From Cyanobacteria bacterium P01_D01_bin.156 (GTDB taxonomy: Bacteria; Cyanobacteriota; Cyanobacteriia; Phormidesmidales; Phormidesmidaceae): a stretch of DNA of 64,000 nt. The DNA lies in NCBI GenBank assembly GCA_039024555.1, contig JBCCQQ010000010.1, forward strand, positions 1 through 64,000, written 5' to 3'. Below, one piece after another: positions 21,116-30,939 of this stretch; within the stretch, counting starts at the first letter, position 1, and every line of letters starts with the position of its first letter. Position numbers and translations under genes: made by a program. Below the pieces are notes generated by a model. It searched no databases. It was not told the origin of the DNA and was given only the letters and a program-made list of their open reading frames with translations.

Positions 21116-21168
21116 TCAAAAGCCCGAGAGCTGTTTGTTGGACCAACAAACAGCTCTCGGGCTTTTGA
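21116..21168. terminator. 53-bp perfect palindrome, probable bidirectional terminator
   Basis: TCAAAAGCCCGAGAGCTGTTTGTTGG-A-CCAACAAACAGCTCTCGGGCTTTTGA, located between convergent genes. Confidence 0.75.
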
Positions 21169-21505
21169 CTCCTAATAAACTCATTATTGCAAGTTTATAT
21201 AGTTTATTTGTACTATTATGCTTGTATACAGCTTGAGATAATGTTGAGCAGTCTGAGCGAATTACAGATATATTTTCTGTTAACGTCCCATATGCTCTTG
21301 TTACTTGAGAATCCTATGGATTACTTACAGTGTGAGTCACCCACGTAAAACAGTAAAAAATAATTCTAAAGATAACGGCAGTTTAGGACTTGTTAAAAAT
21401 TAGAATCATGGCCTCATGCATCTAAATCATGGTTGAACAAGCTTGTCAGGCTTAACCCGTGAAGTCGCTTCTTAACCGCTCCTTAAATGTCACTGTTTGC
21501 TCCAA

Positions 21506-21907
21506 CTATTCATCAATCATGGCTTTGACGTCATCTACAAACTTTTGATGATCCACAATAGGCTTGGAAATATATCCGTCAGCACCGCTTTGCTGGAGAA
21601 AGTTCTCTCTATCTCCATCCATAGCATGGGCCGTGACCAAAATAATGGGTAATTGGGCGGTGTTGCTGTTGGCTTTGAGCATCTGGGTGATGCGAATACC
21701 ATCTACTGGTTTGCCTTGGTAGACGCTGTGGGCTAAGGAAACATCCATTAAAATCACATCTATTTCGCCGCTTTCGGCAATTTGTATGACTTCATCCACG
21801 TTTTCCGTATGTTTGACCGCTAAGCCACCCCGCTTGGTCAAAATCTTGGAGAAAACGCGAGCGTTTATCATGTCGTCTTCCACGATTAAAACCGTTTTCA
21901 TAGGCAT
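21506..21907 (-). CDS. Single-domain response regulator (CheY/DivK-like)
   Basis: VEDD, ILMDVSL, VTAHA and SKP receiver motifs. Confidence 0.92.
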   Translation of the reverse strand: MPMKTVLIVEDDMINARVFSKILTKRGGLAVKHTENVDEVIQIAESGEIDVILMDVSLAHSVYQGKPVDGIRITQMLKANSNTAQLPIILVTAHAMDGDRENFLQQSGADGYISKPIVDHQKFVDDVKAMIDE

Positions 21908-22215
21908 TTTGTTGACACAGCAAAGTTACTATAACTGGTGGCAGGCATGGCATTCTTTGCCATCGCCATGGTGATGATTCACTTAGAAAACAACGACTTG
22001 TGGACATAGATATCGACAAATCGATTGAATTCTTTGTTGATTTTGGATCTGAACTATTGCGCATCCATAACGCTTGTGTATAAGGTACAGCATTGGTAAG
22101 GCTAAACCACGTTCAAGTTGAAACCTGTGGTTTTCCTCTACTCAATCACGACGTCTCTGGACGTAAAAAACATTTAATCACTGCATACTGAGGCAGCTTT
22201 CAAGGATACGAAATC

Positions 22216-24714
22216 ATGGCAAACCAGCTAAATGCATTTTCAGATGAACAAATTGTTGTTACCTCTCTTCATACAGAGGTGCAGCGATCATATCTGGAAT
22301 ATGCCATGAGCGTCATTGTGGGTCGGGCGCTGCCAGATGTGCGAGATGGCCTAAAGCCAGTACATCGGCGTATTCTCTATGCGATGCACGAGCTAGGGTT
22401 GACCCCCGATCGGCCCTTTAGAAAATGTGCTCGCGTTGTCGGGGATGTGCTGGGTAAATATCATCCCCATGGCGATCAGGCCGTCTATGACGCTTTGGTG
22501 CGCATGGTGCAGGATTTTTCTAGCCGCTATCCGTTGCTAGATGGCCACGGCAATTTTGGGTCGGTGGATAATGATCCGCCCGCAGCCATGCGTTACACAG
22601 AGACCCGATTAGCGTCGGTAAGCCATGAGTCATTGTTAGGGGAAATTAGCGAAGCGACCGTTGATTTTATTGATAACTTTGACAGCTCCCAACAGGAGCC
22701 CATTGTATTGCCCGCTCAGCTGCCCAATTTGCTGCTCAATGGGAGTTCAGGGATTGCGGTGGGCATGGCCACCAATATTCCTCCCCACAATTTAGGAGAA
22801 GTGGTAGATGGATTAATCGCCATGATTGATCGCCCCACGATTTCGGATGAGTCTCTATTTAAGCTGATTCCTGGACCCGACTTCCCTACTGGGGGGGAGA
22901 TTACTGGTACTAAAGGAATTCACGATGCCTACCTTACAGGGCGGGGCAGTATTCCGGTGCGGGGGATTGCTAGTTTTGAAGAGGTGCAGCCAGGTAAGGG
23001 GCGTCAGCGACGTAATGCCATCGTGGTGACGGAACTGCCCTACCAGGTGAATAAGGCTGGTTGGATTGAAAAGGTCGCTAATCTGGTCAATCAAGGTAGG
23101 CTCGACGGCATCGCCGATATTCGGGATGAGAGCGATCGCGACGGCATGCGTGTGGTCATCGAACTAAAGCGAGAAGCCCAGCCCCACAGCATTCTGGCTG
23201 CTTTATACAAGATGACGCCACTGCAGAGTAACTTTGGTGCCATTATGCTGGCTTTAGATGGTGGGCAGCCGGTACAAATGCCCCTACGCTACATGTTGCA
23301 ATCTTTCTTGGATTTCCGAGAAGAGACGTTAGTTCGCCAGTACACCAACGAACTAGAGAAAACGGACCAACGTCTGCACATTGTAGAAGGCTTGCTCACG
23401 GCCCTGGATAGCATTGACGAAGTCATTGAGATTTTGCGGGCAGCTCCTGATGGCACCACGGCCAAGATTGAACTCATTGAGCAGTTTGATCTGAGCGATC
23501 GTCAGGCAGATGCAATTTTGGCGATGCCCCTGCGACGTTTGGTCGGTTTGGAGCAGGAAAAGTTGCTCAATGAATTTGAAGAGCTTTCAACGGTGAAGGA
23601 ACGGTTGGAGCTGTTGCTGTCAGACCGTAAGGAACGGCTGAAATCCCTAAAAAAAGAGCTTAGAAGGCTTAAAAAAGCTTATGGAGATGAGCGTAGGACC
23701 CGCTTACAAACGGCGAGTGAGCGTGCTGAAGAGGAAGAGCGATTGGCGAATTTAGTCGCCGAAGCTCAGGAAGAGGAAACCGTGGTGGAATTTACTCGCA
23801 AAGGATATGCCAGACGAGTGTCTCCTCGTACCTATCAGAGACGTCAAGGTAAACAGGAGCCGATTCCAACTAAGTTAGCTGAGCTCGACGACGTCACGAC
23901 TCAAACTGAATTTGCTTGGACTGCCCAAAACCTATTGGTGTTTTCCCGAGATGGTAAGGCCTACAGCTTAGGGATTAATGAGGTCCCCCTAGCTCAGCGT
24001 CAGTCTAAAGGTCAGCCTTTGATCAATTTGCTGCCGGATGGGGTTGGCAATCATCCCAACGATATTTTGCCGCCCATTTTAATGACCGATGAGGTGATGA
24101 AGCGACAGCTAATTTTGGTAACGGCTAATGGCAAAATTAAACGATTGCCAATGACGGAGTTTGAATCTATTACCGGACGTGGGTTAGTGGCGATCAAGCT
24201 AAAACCCGACGACCATTTAGCCTACACGGTGGTGGCGGATTTGGGTCAAGATTTGATGCTGGCCTCCTCTGGTGGTCGTCTCCTGCGCTTTACCATTGAT
24301 GGCGAGCAGCTACCGGACACCAGCCGTAATTCGCAAGGAACTCAAGCAATTCGGGTAATCAAAGGAGAAGCGGTAGTGGGCTGTGTGCCGATTGAGAATG
24401 ACAGCAAACTGTTGATGATATCGATTAAGGGATATGCCAAGCGGATGCAGGTGGCCGCGATTAATCGCAGCAGTCGCGGTGGAATTGGCTCCCAGTCGTT
24501 TAAGTTTAGTCAGAACAGCGATCATTTAGCCACCATCGTTAAGATCGTAGAAGGGGCTAACTTTGTACTTATGAGCAGTGAGGATCGAGCGGCTAGGCTT
24601 AAGATAAACCGCGTGCCACTACAGGGACGTAGTCAACCCTGCGATCGCATTCTTACCCCTGCCCGTGGTGAAACCATTACCGATATCCTGGTATCTGTGG
24701 TGGAACAGGATTAA
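22216..24714 (+). CDS. gyrA: DNA gyrase/topoisomerase IV subunit A family (likely the second cyanobacterial paralog)
   Basis: [22 protein letters not shown], catalytic AAMRYTE and a beta-pinwheel C-terminal domain. The GyrA box is degenerate. Confidence 0.9.
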   Translation: MANQLNAFSDEQIVVTSLHTEVQRSYLEYAMSVIVGRALPDVRDGLKPVHRRILYAMHELGLTPDRPFRKCARVVGDVLGKYHPHGDQAVYDALVRMVQDFSSRYPLLDGHGNFGSVDNDPPAAMRYTETRLASVSHESLLGEISEATVDFIDNFDSSQQEPIVLPAQLPNLLLNGSSGIAVGMATNIPPHNLGEVVDGLIAMIDRPTISDESLFKLIPGPDFPTGGEITGTKGIHDAYLTGRGSIPVRGIASFEEVQPGKGRQRRNAIVVTELPYQVNKAGWIEKVANLVNQGRLDGIADIRDESDRDGMRVVIELKREAQPHSILAALYKMTPLQSNFGAIMLALDGGQPVQMPLRYMLQSFLDFREETLVRQYTNELEKTDQRLHIVEGLLTALDSIDEVIEILRAAPDGTTAKIELIEQFDLSDRQADAILAMPLRRLVGLEQEKLLNEFEELSTVKERLELLLSDRKERLKSLKKELRRLKKAYGDERRTRLQTASERAEEEERLANLVAEAQEEETVVEFTRKGYARRVSPRTYQRRQGKQEPIPTKLAELDDVTTQTEFAWTAQNLLVFSRDGKAYSLGINEVPLAQRQSKGQPLINLLPDGVGNHPNDILPPILMTDEVMKRQLILVTANGKIKRLPMTEFESITGRGLVAIKLKPDDHLAYTVVADLGQDLMLASSGGRLLRFTIDGEQLPDTSRNSQGTQAIRVIKGEAVVGCVPIENDSKLLMISIKGYAKRMQVAAINRSSRGGIGSQSFKFSQNSDHLATIVKIVEGANFVLMSSEDRAARLKINRVPLQGRSQPCDRILTPARGETITDILVSVVEQD

Positions 24715-24723
24715 GGCATAAAC

Positions 24724-25938
24724 GTGGCGCAGGTTGTTATAGACAACGTTTACAAAACATTTCCTCGGCAATCATCGGATGCAAAACCAGTAACGGTGCT
24801 TAAACGCATTCACTTAGATGTCAAGGACGGTGAGTTTATGGTCCTGGTAGGACCATCGGGCTGTGGCAAAAGCACTTTGCTACGTCTGATTGCAGGGTTA
24901 GAGAGTATTACCGGAGGGACTATCACCATCGGTGAGCAAGCGGTGAACGCCCTTGCCCCCAAACAGCGAGATGTGGCGATGGTATTCCAAAGCTATGCCC
25001 TGTATCCACATTTGAGTGTTTACGATAATCTGGCGTTTGGGTTGCGACGAACCGCCACAGATCTACCTGCCATTAGTCGTTGGCAGCAGGTTTTATTTGG
25101 CCTTACCCGGTTGCTACCTCCAGGTTTTCACTACTGGCCTGAACGGGAACAGGCCATTGCTAAACGGGTTAAAGCCATTGCCGAAATTTTACAAATCACC
25201 CCGCTGCTAAAGCGCTTGCCACGTCAGCTTTCCGGTGGGCAAAAACAGCGGGTCGCCCTAGGGCGAGCTATGGCTCGCAATCCCCAGGTGTTTTTGATGG
25301 ATGAACCCCTATCTAATCTGGATGCTAAGCTACGTACCGAAACCCGAGCTCAAATTGTAGCCTTACAGCGACAGCTGGGAACGACGACGGTTTACGTTAC
25401 CCATGATCAGGTGGAAGCTATGACCATGGGAGATCGGATCGCAGTGATGTCCGCTGGGGTGATCCAACAGATTGCCTCCCCATTAGAGCTGTATCGACAT
25501 CCTGCTAACCGATTTGTGGCCTCGTTTATTGGCTCTCCCCCCATGAACTTTCTCCAGGTTCAGGTGCAGATGCCTTTGACGTTGGTTCACCCTGCGTTTC
25601 GCCTGACGTTACCTGGTCATTGGGAGTCTCGCTTAGCCCCCTATGGCAATCGTCAGGTGATCTTGGGAATTCGTCCGGAACATCTACGTCTGGCAGTCCC
25701 CGCGCCCAAGCATTTGGCCGTCACGGTTCAACGTACAGAGGCACTGGGAAGTGAAACCTATTTAACAGTCTCCTTGGATGATGTTCCTCAAGAAGAGACA
25801 ACAGCTGGAACAAATCACTTGCTAGCCCGTCTTAACGGCACTGAGGAGAATGTTCCTCAACTAGGAGATAAACTCACCCTAGGTATCCGTGTAGAACATG
25901 TCCACTTGTTTGATCCGGAAACCGATGCTGCACTGTGA
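24724..25938 (+). CDS. Sugar/polyol ABC transporter ATP-binding subunit (MalK/MsmX/UgpC-like)
   Basis: GPSGCGKS, LSGGQ, DEPLSNLD and FVASFIGSP motifs; TOBE-like C-terminus. Confidence 0.93.
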   Translation: MAQVVIDNVYKTFPRQSSDAKPVTVLKRIHLDVKDGEFMVLVGPSGCGKSTLLRLIAGLESITGGTITIGEQAVNALAPKQRDVAMVFQSYALYPHLSVYDNLAFGLRRTATDLPAISRWQQVLFGLTRLLPPGFHYWPEREQAIAKRVKAIAEILQITPLLKRLPRQLSGGQKQRVALGRAMARNPQVFLMDEPLSNLDAKLRTETRAQIVALQRQLGTTTVYVTHDQVEAMTMGDRIAVMSAGVIQQIASPLELYRHPANRFVASFIGSPPMNFLQVQVQMPLTLVHPAFRLTLPGHWESRLAPYGNRQVILGIRPEHLRLAVPAPKHLAVTVQRTEALGSETYLTVSLDDVPQEETTAGTNHLLARLNGTEENVPQLGDKLTLGIRVEHVHLFDPETDAAL

Positions 25939-25976
25939 TGGGAGTTTGTGCAGATATGCGGCTGTTTTAATAACAG

Positions 25977-26723
25977 CTATTTGACGGGTTTATGATTCCG
26001 TTTCCAGAATAGGCCAAGCCCGGCTAGTGCTGCGATCGCAAAACTGGGTTCGGGCACAGAAGTGACAGGCCCTTCATCGGGCTCAGAAATTCTTAGACCA
26101 AAATTGGTAATGGTTACCTGGGCTCGTCCGCCCTGATTATCACCCGTGCCAATAGAGAATCCGAAGATTTCGTTAGCTTCTATGGCAACAGTTGTTGAAC
26201 CCGTTTGTGCAGTCGCCCCAGCCCTATCGCTGAGTTGACTAAATGGACTGTCGGGTAACGCTTCAGGTGGTAAATCACTGACTACAAACCCAAATAAATC
26301 AAATGCTGCGCCACCAATATCATCAGTGATATATTCCCAATCAAAGAAGAGTTCACCGCTTTCTGGCACAGTCACATAGACTGTTGTAAAGCTGTCACGA
26401 CAAAGAAAGGAGAAGTCGCTGGGAACTGTATTACAGGTAAAACCAAATTGCTCTAAAATCCCTGACTGATTACTCCCTAGTAACGTGAGAGATTCAGGGG
26501 CATCAAACTCTACTGAACCATTAAACGGTGCCAGAGGAACACCATTAATAGCTAGGGCAGAGTTATCGATATCTGGAAATGCGGGACTGCTATTAAAAAG
26601 TTCCCACTGCTCGGGAGCAAAGTTGTCGGTAAATCCTTGTGCTGATGCTATCTGTGGAGATACACCCACCGCAGATATAATGATTGCTGCCCCGAAAACA
26701 GACTTAGAAATGGCGTTTGCCAT
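25977..26723 (-). CDS. PEP-CTERM sorting-domain exported protein
   Basis: Signal peptide; C-terminal VPEPS followed by a hydrophobic stretch and a basic tail (WKRNHK). Confidence 0.85.
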   Translation of the reverse strand: MANAISKSVFGAAIIISAVGVSPQIASAQGFTDNFAPEQWELFNSSPAFPDIDNSALAINGVPLAPFNGSVEFDAPESLTLLGSNQSGILEQFGFTCNTVPSDFSFLCRDSFTTVYVTVPESGELFFDWEYITDDIGGAAFDLFGFVVSDLPPEALPDSPFSQLSDRAGATAQTGSTTVAIEANEIFGFSIGTGDNQGGRAQVTITNFGLRISEPDEGPVTSVPEPSFAIAALAGLGLFWKRNHKPVK

Positions 26724-27436
26724 GTATCTCGTAGTAAAACCTTAACGTTATTTCTCTAATCAAAGGGTTAATTACCCTAACCGGAAGATGACCTGACATA
26801 TAGGTATGAACAAATCAATCTGGAAATTTACTTCAGATTGATTTATCGTTATGCCGAATATAGTCATTCTCGAAAGCAACGTCGGGCACTAGGACACACG
26901 TTTATGAAAACAATATCCTGGCTTGCCCTTTGTTAAAGTTGCTTAGAGACTAAACAACAAGTTTTGGTAAAGCCAGGTAAACGCTCAACAAATTGCAGAA
27001 CCGTCATCCGTAGGGTTCACAATATTGACTACGCCATCTATGTAGTTTTGGTCGCTACTGGTTCCTAGAGGGGAGGTAAGACTTTGGCTATTTCTACAGG
27101 TCACCTGCCATCCGTAGTCAAGCTCAACGTATCGTATCAATTGACAACAGTGGCACGCTCGTTTAAGGACAATACAGCGCTAAGCTGATTTTTGCGTTGC
27201 TGATCTAGGGGATGAAACAATCTGTAGAACTTATCGCTTATCTGGGTTTGACAGATAAAATTCTGCCGAGGATCAGCAGCGCCTGATTTTTGCCCTGTTG
27301 ATGTAGCCATACTGTTCTTAATGCCCATACATAAAAATGTTGCACAGTATATCCACCTATCAATAATTTCTAAAACTTGACCTAGTTGTTCCAGAACGCT
27401 GTAATCTCAAACCGCACTAACACTTAAAGAACAACT

Positions 27437-28582
27437 ATGGGACAGCTTCGGGACAGTAAACGAATTGGCTTACTCACCAGTGGCGGTGACTGTGCAGGGC
27501 TTAATGCTGCTTTGAGGGCGGTGGTGCATCGAGCCGATAGCTATGGATGGCATGTATTAGGGATCTCTCGGGCTACCCAAGGGCTGATGGCACGCCCCCC
27601 ACAATATGTGGAGTTTGATGTATCCAGTACCCACGATTTGCTATTGGCCGGGGGAACGGTATTGGGCACGACCAACAAGGGTAACCCCTTTGACTTTCCA
27701 TTACCCGATGGTTCTACCTGCGATCGCGCCCAAGATATTATCGATGGCTATCACCTCCTCGGGCTAGATGCCCTAATTGGCATTGGTGGTGACGGTAGCA
27801 TGGCTATACTCAGGCGTTTAGCTCAACAAGGAGGCTTAAATCTTGTCGGCATTCCCAAAACGATTGATAACGATTTGGGGTCTACTGAACGGTCGATTGG
27901 GTTTGATACCGCCGTTAACATTGCCACCGAAGCGTTAGATCGACTGCACTTTACCGCCGCTAGCCATTCTCGGGTGATGATTCTAGAGGTGATGGGCCGG
28001 GATGCAGGCCATATAGCTCTCAATGCCGGTATTGCCGGCGGTGCCGACATTGTTCTGATTCCTGAAATCCCTTACACCATCGACAATATTTGTCAGACCA
28101 TTAAGGGCCTAAAGCGTAACTTCTGCACCATCATCGTGGCAGAAGCCGTGTGTACCGAGGCTGGTGAAAAGGTGACCCAAACCAATCGTCTGGGCCAATG
28201 TCGTCTGGGGGGCATCGGTGAATATTTAGCAGAACAAATTACTGAAACGATTGGAGCCGAAACCCGAGTTACTGTGCTTGGACATGTCCAGCGAGGGGGG
28301 ACGCCATCGCCATTAGATCGGGTCTTAGCAACTGCGTTTGGCGTTGAAGCGGTAGATCTGATTGCGGCGGAAAAATACGATCACATGGTGAGCTGGCAAA
28401 ATCGCCAGGTCGTCCATGTGCCTATTGCCGATGCGATTGCAGAATATCGGGCTGTTAATCCTCAGGACACCCTAGTCAAAACTGCTCGAGGTATGGGCAT
28501 TTGCTTAGGGGACGCCTCCTGTCAGGTCGTCAATCATCACATTCGTTGCGAGGCCAATATATTAGCCAAGGCAACTGTTTAG
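27437..28582 (+). CDS. pfkA: ATP-dependent 6-phosphofructokinase
   Basis: TSGGDCAGLN, GGDGS, PKTIDND, EVMGR and LGHVQRGG motifs. Confidence 0.95.
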   Translation: MGQLRDSKRIGLLTSGGDCAGLNAALRAVVHRADSYGWHVLGISRATQGLMARPPQYVEFDVSSTHDLLLAGGTVLGTTNKGNPFDFPLPDGSTCDRAQDIIDGYHLLGLDALIGIGGDGSMAILRRLAQQGGLNLVGIPKTIDNDLGSTERSIGFDTAVNIATEALDRLHFTAASHSRVMILEVMGRDAGHIALNAGIAGGADIVLIPEIPYTIDNICQTIKGLKRNFCTIIVAEAVCTEAGEKVTQTNRLGQCRLGGIGEYLAEQITETIGAETRVTVLGHVQRGGTPSPLDRVLATAFGVEAVDLIAAEKYDHMVSWQNRQVVHVPIADAIAEYRAVNPQDTLVKTARGMGICLGDASCQVVNHHIRCEANILAKATV

Positions 28583-28837
28583 AGCTCACTGCTGATTTAT
28601 ACCCTGGTACTGCGACCAGTTTGTATCCTGGTCGCGGACTACTGATATTTTCTGTGAGTGGTGGCTGTCGTGAGACATAGATACATATCAATGAATGTAA
28701 GCTTCTGTTAACCAATGATGTGATTGTGCAGCTCGCAATAGACAATAGCCCAAAGGCCAAAGGATATAACCATCGTTACGATCCTTAAGGGAGATGACCC
28801 ATTTCCCACTCATATTGGTCTTTTTGTCTGTCAGCGC

Positions 28838-29476
28838 ATGAGAGTGCCTTGTTTTATGCAATCTGCTAGATCGTTAACAACCTCCCAAGATGATACTCAA
28901 GAGAAAATCCTGGGGGCAGCACAGCGATTGTTTGCTCGGCGGGGCTATGGCGGTACAACCACGCGAGATTTGGCTCAAGCAGCAGGAGTCGCCGAAGGAA
29001 CACTGTTTAGGCACTTCGAAAATAAAAAGGCGATCTTAATTGAAGTGGCTACCCGAGGTTGGGTGGACTTACTGACCGAACTATTGACCGAGCTAAGCGA
29101 GATGGCGAGCTACACCGCCATTGCCAAGGTGATGCGTAAGCGTATGCTCAACCTAGCCGCCAACACAGATATGCTGCGGGTATGTTTTATGGAGGCCCAA
29201 TTCCATCCGGAGTTAAGAGAGCGGGTACAAGCCGAGGTGATTGCCAAAATGACCGATGTGGCAGAGGCCTTTTTTCAGACAGCGATGGATCGTGGCACTT
29301 ATCGCCCCATGAATCCTCGGGTGGTGGCGCGTATTTTCTTGGGAATGTTTACCGTTGCCGGTTTTAGTCAGGTTACTTTGGCTGATGAAGCTAGCTCTGC
29401 TCAAGATATGAAAGAACTGGCGGAAACCCTGGCAGATATTTTTCTTAACGGTGTTTTGGTCAAGTCTGAAACCTAA
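28838..29476 (+). CDS. TetR/AcrR family transcriptional regulator
   Basis: HTH TTTRDLAQAAGVAEGTLFRHFENK. Confidence 0.93.
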   Translation: MRVPCFMQSARSLTTSQDDTQEKILGAAQRLFARRGYGGTTTRDLAQAAGVAEGTLFRHFENKKAILIEVATRGWVDLLTELLTELSEMASYTAIAKVMRKRMLNLAANTDMLRVCFMEAQFHPELRERVQAEVIAKMTDVAEAFFQTAMDRGTYRPMNPRVVARIFLGMFTVAGFSQVTLADEASSAQDMKELAETLADIFLNGVLVKSET

Positions 29477-29964
29477 CGTTGACGCGGCTCTTCCAGCTGA
29501 TTCAAATTATCCTTTCGGACTCGATAGGCAGCCCCAAAGCCTAAAACAAACTGTCCTGTTTGAGGTCGTAGGCAAAATAATTGAAAGTCTGGCAAATCCT
29601 TCATTAAGCCAATAACATTGCCAAATCGCTGCTCGAACTGCTCAATTCGCGTCTGCCATTCCCCGGTATCACGGGGTAAGGCAGCTGCGGTGCATGCATA
29701 GGTCAAACGACGGCGAGCAAAAATTTGGGTGGTTTCGGCTTCATCCTCCAGCAACAGCACACTGGCACGTCCCGTCTGTTTAAGATTCTCCGTATGGGTG
29801 GATAACCCGCTGATATAGATATAAATGGCCTTATCTGAATCCATCACAAAGGGGGCGTAGCTGGCTTGGGGAATCCCATCAGTATTCGCTGTACTCAAAA
29901 CTACGCTGCGGAACTTATTTGGAAAATCCTGATACAGCTCAGTTACACGATTAAAGTCAGCCAT
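29473..29964 (-). CDS. Pyridoxamine-5'-phosphate-oxidase-like / HugZ-HutZ family protein
   Basis: PQASYAPF, YISGLSTHTENL, IFARRRL and FVLGFGAAY motifs. Start chosen at MADF. Confidence 0.85.
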   Translation of the reverse strand: MADFNRVTELYQDFPNKFRSVVLSTANTDGIPQASYAPFVMDSDKAIYIYISGLSTHTENLKQTGRASVLLLEDEAETTQIFARRRLTYACTAAALPRDTGEWQTRIEQFEQRFGNVIGLMKDLPDFQLFCLRPQTGQFVLGFGAAYRVRKDNLNQLEEPRQR

Positions 29965-30087
29965 AGATGCGATAGTCAACCAAATGAGTACAGCTGAAAT
30001 GATATCGAAGATTGGTGTCTGAATCCGGCAAGACAACGTGTTTCCTGTTCGGTAAAATACTCAAGCTAGTTCATCAATTCAACAGTT

Positions 30088-30477
30088 ATGGTTCGTCGCA
30101 TTGTTCAAACTGAGAGTGCTCCTGCGCCTGTTGGTCCCTATAATCAGGCCATTGTTGCGTCTGGAGAGATGGTTTTTGTCTCAGGACAAATTGCGTTAGA
30201 CCCCAGCGGCGGCACCTTAGTAGGAGAAGGCGATGTCGCAGCCCAAACTAAACAATGTCTGGAGAATTTAAGCGCAGTTTTAGCTGCCGCCGGAGCCACC
30301 ATGGCCAACGTGGTCAAAACATCGGTCTTTCTAAAAGACATGAATGATTTCGCCACGATGAACACTGTGTACGCCACCTACTTTGATGAAGCAACGGCCC
30401 CTGCTCGTGCCTGTGTGGAAGTTGCTCGTCTACCGAAAGATGTTTTAGTTGAAATTGAATGTATTGCAGTGGTGTAA
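30088..30477 (+). CDS. ridA: RidA/YjgF family enamine deaminase
   Basis: APAPVGPYNQA, SGQI and PARACVEVARLPKDVLVEIE motifs. Confidence 0.93.
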   Translation: MVRRIVQTESAPAPVGPYNQAIVASGEMVFVSGQIALDPSGGTLVGEGDVAAQTKQCLENLSAVLAAAGATMANVVKTSVFLKDMNDFATMNTVYATYFDEATAPARACVEVARLPKDVLVEIECIAVV

Positions 30478-30655
30478 TCATTGAGCCGTCCCTGAGCCTG
30501 ACGATGGCTCTATGCCAAAGACGCTGTGGTCTTGGGTGTCTGGGTAAGAGGTTCATACACTTCATCAGGAACGGTATCGTTTGAAGTTGACGATTGGAAT
30601 TTGACGCGCTACCGTACAGATATTAATCAAAGAGTTTTCCCGAAGTATTTCATCC

Positions 30656-30703
30656 ATGCGTCGCAAGTTTTTCTACTTTTGGTTTATCCAGGTTCACCGG
30701 TAA
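30656..30703 (+). CDS. Aromatic amino acid attenuator leader peptide 1 (MRRKFFYFWFIQVHR)
   Basis: 15 codons including six consecutive Phe/Tyr/Trp codons. The 3' end overlaps the antiterminator arm. Confidence 0.85.
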   Translation: MRRKFFYFWFIQVHR

Positions 30704-30771
30704 GGAACCATGGTTTGAGCATGGAAGACCGGTGAACCGCAGAGCGCATGCCCTGCGGTTTTGTTTTTTTT
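30691..30771 (+). terminator. Attenuator 1: antiterminator plus intrinsic terminator
   Basis: GGTTCACCGGT (30691-30701) is the exact complement of ACCGGTGAACC (30728-30738). That arm overlaps the terminator stem AACCGCAG/CTGCGGTT (30735-30760), which is followed by TTGTTTTTTTT. Confidence 0.85.
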
Positions 30772-30794
30772 AATTTATTGGCATCATCATCCCT

Positions 30795-30857
30795 ATGACC
30801 GTTTATTACAGCTGGCAATTTACATTTTTCTTTTTTATGCCACCACCGGGTAGGTAG
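30795..30857 (+). CDS. Aromatic amino acid attenuator leader peptide 2 (MTVYYSWQFTFFFFMPPPGR)
   Basis: 20 codons, 8 aromatic (5 Phe, 2 Tyr, 1 Trp). The 3' end overlaps the antiterminator arm. Confidence 0.85.
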   Translation: MTVYYSWQFTFFFFMPPPGR

Positions 30858-30918
30858 CATTCGCTTTGCTTTACTGACTTGCCCGGAACCTTAACAGGTT
30901 GCGGGCTTTTTGTTTTTT
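30846..30918 (+). terminator. Attenuator 2: antiterminator plus intrinsic terminator
   Basis: CCGGGTAGGT (30846-30855) pairs over 10 bp (2 G-U) with ACTTGCCCGG (30877-30886). That arm overlaps the terminator GCCCGGAACCT-TAAC-AGGTTGCGGGC (30881-30906), followed by TTTTTGTTTTTT. Confidence 0.85.
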
Positions 30919-30939
30919 ACCGTTTCTATCTCTAAACCC

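Noticed and set aside
21451..21489. Pho-box-like CTTAACC/CTTAAAT repeats
   Set aside because: Only two are at 11-bp spacing, and they lie between convergent gene ends with no evident target.
30526..30735. 69-aa ORF from the track upstream of aroF
   Set aside because: No recognisable features, and it overlaps leader 1 and its antiterminator in another frame, which explain the sequence better.
30910..30939. TTG start for DAHP synthase given by the track
   Set aside because: It lies within the U tract of terminator 2; ATG 30940 is more plausible.
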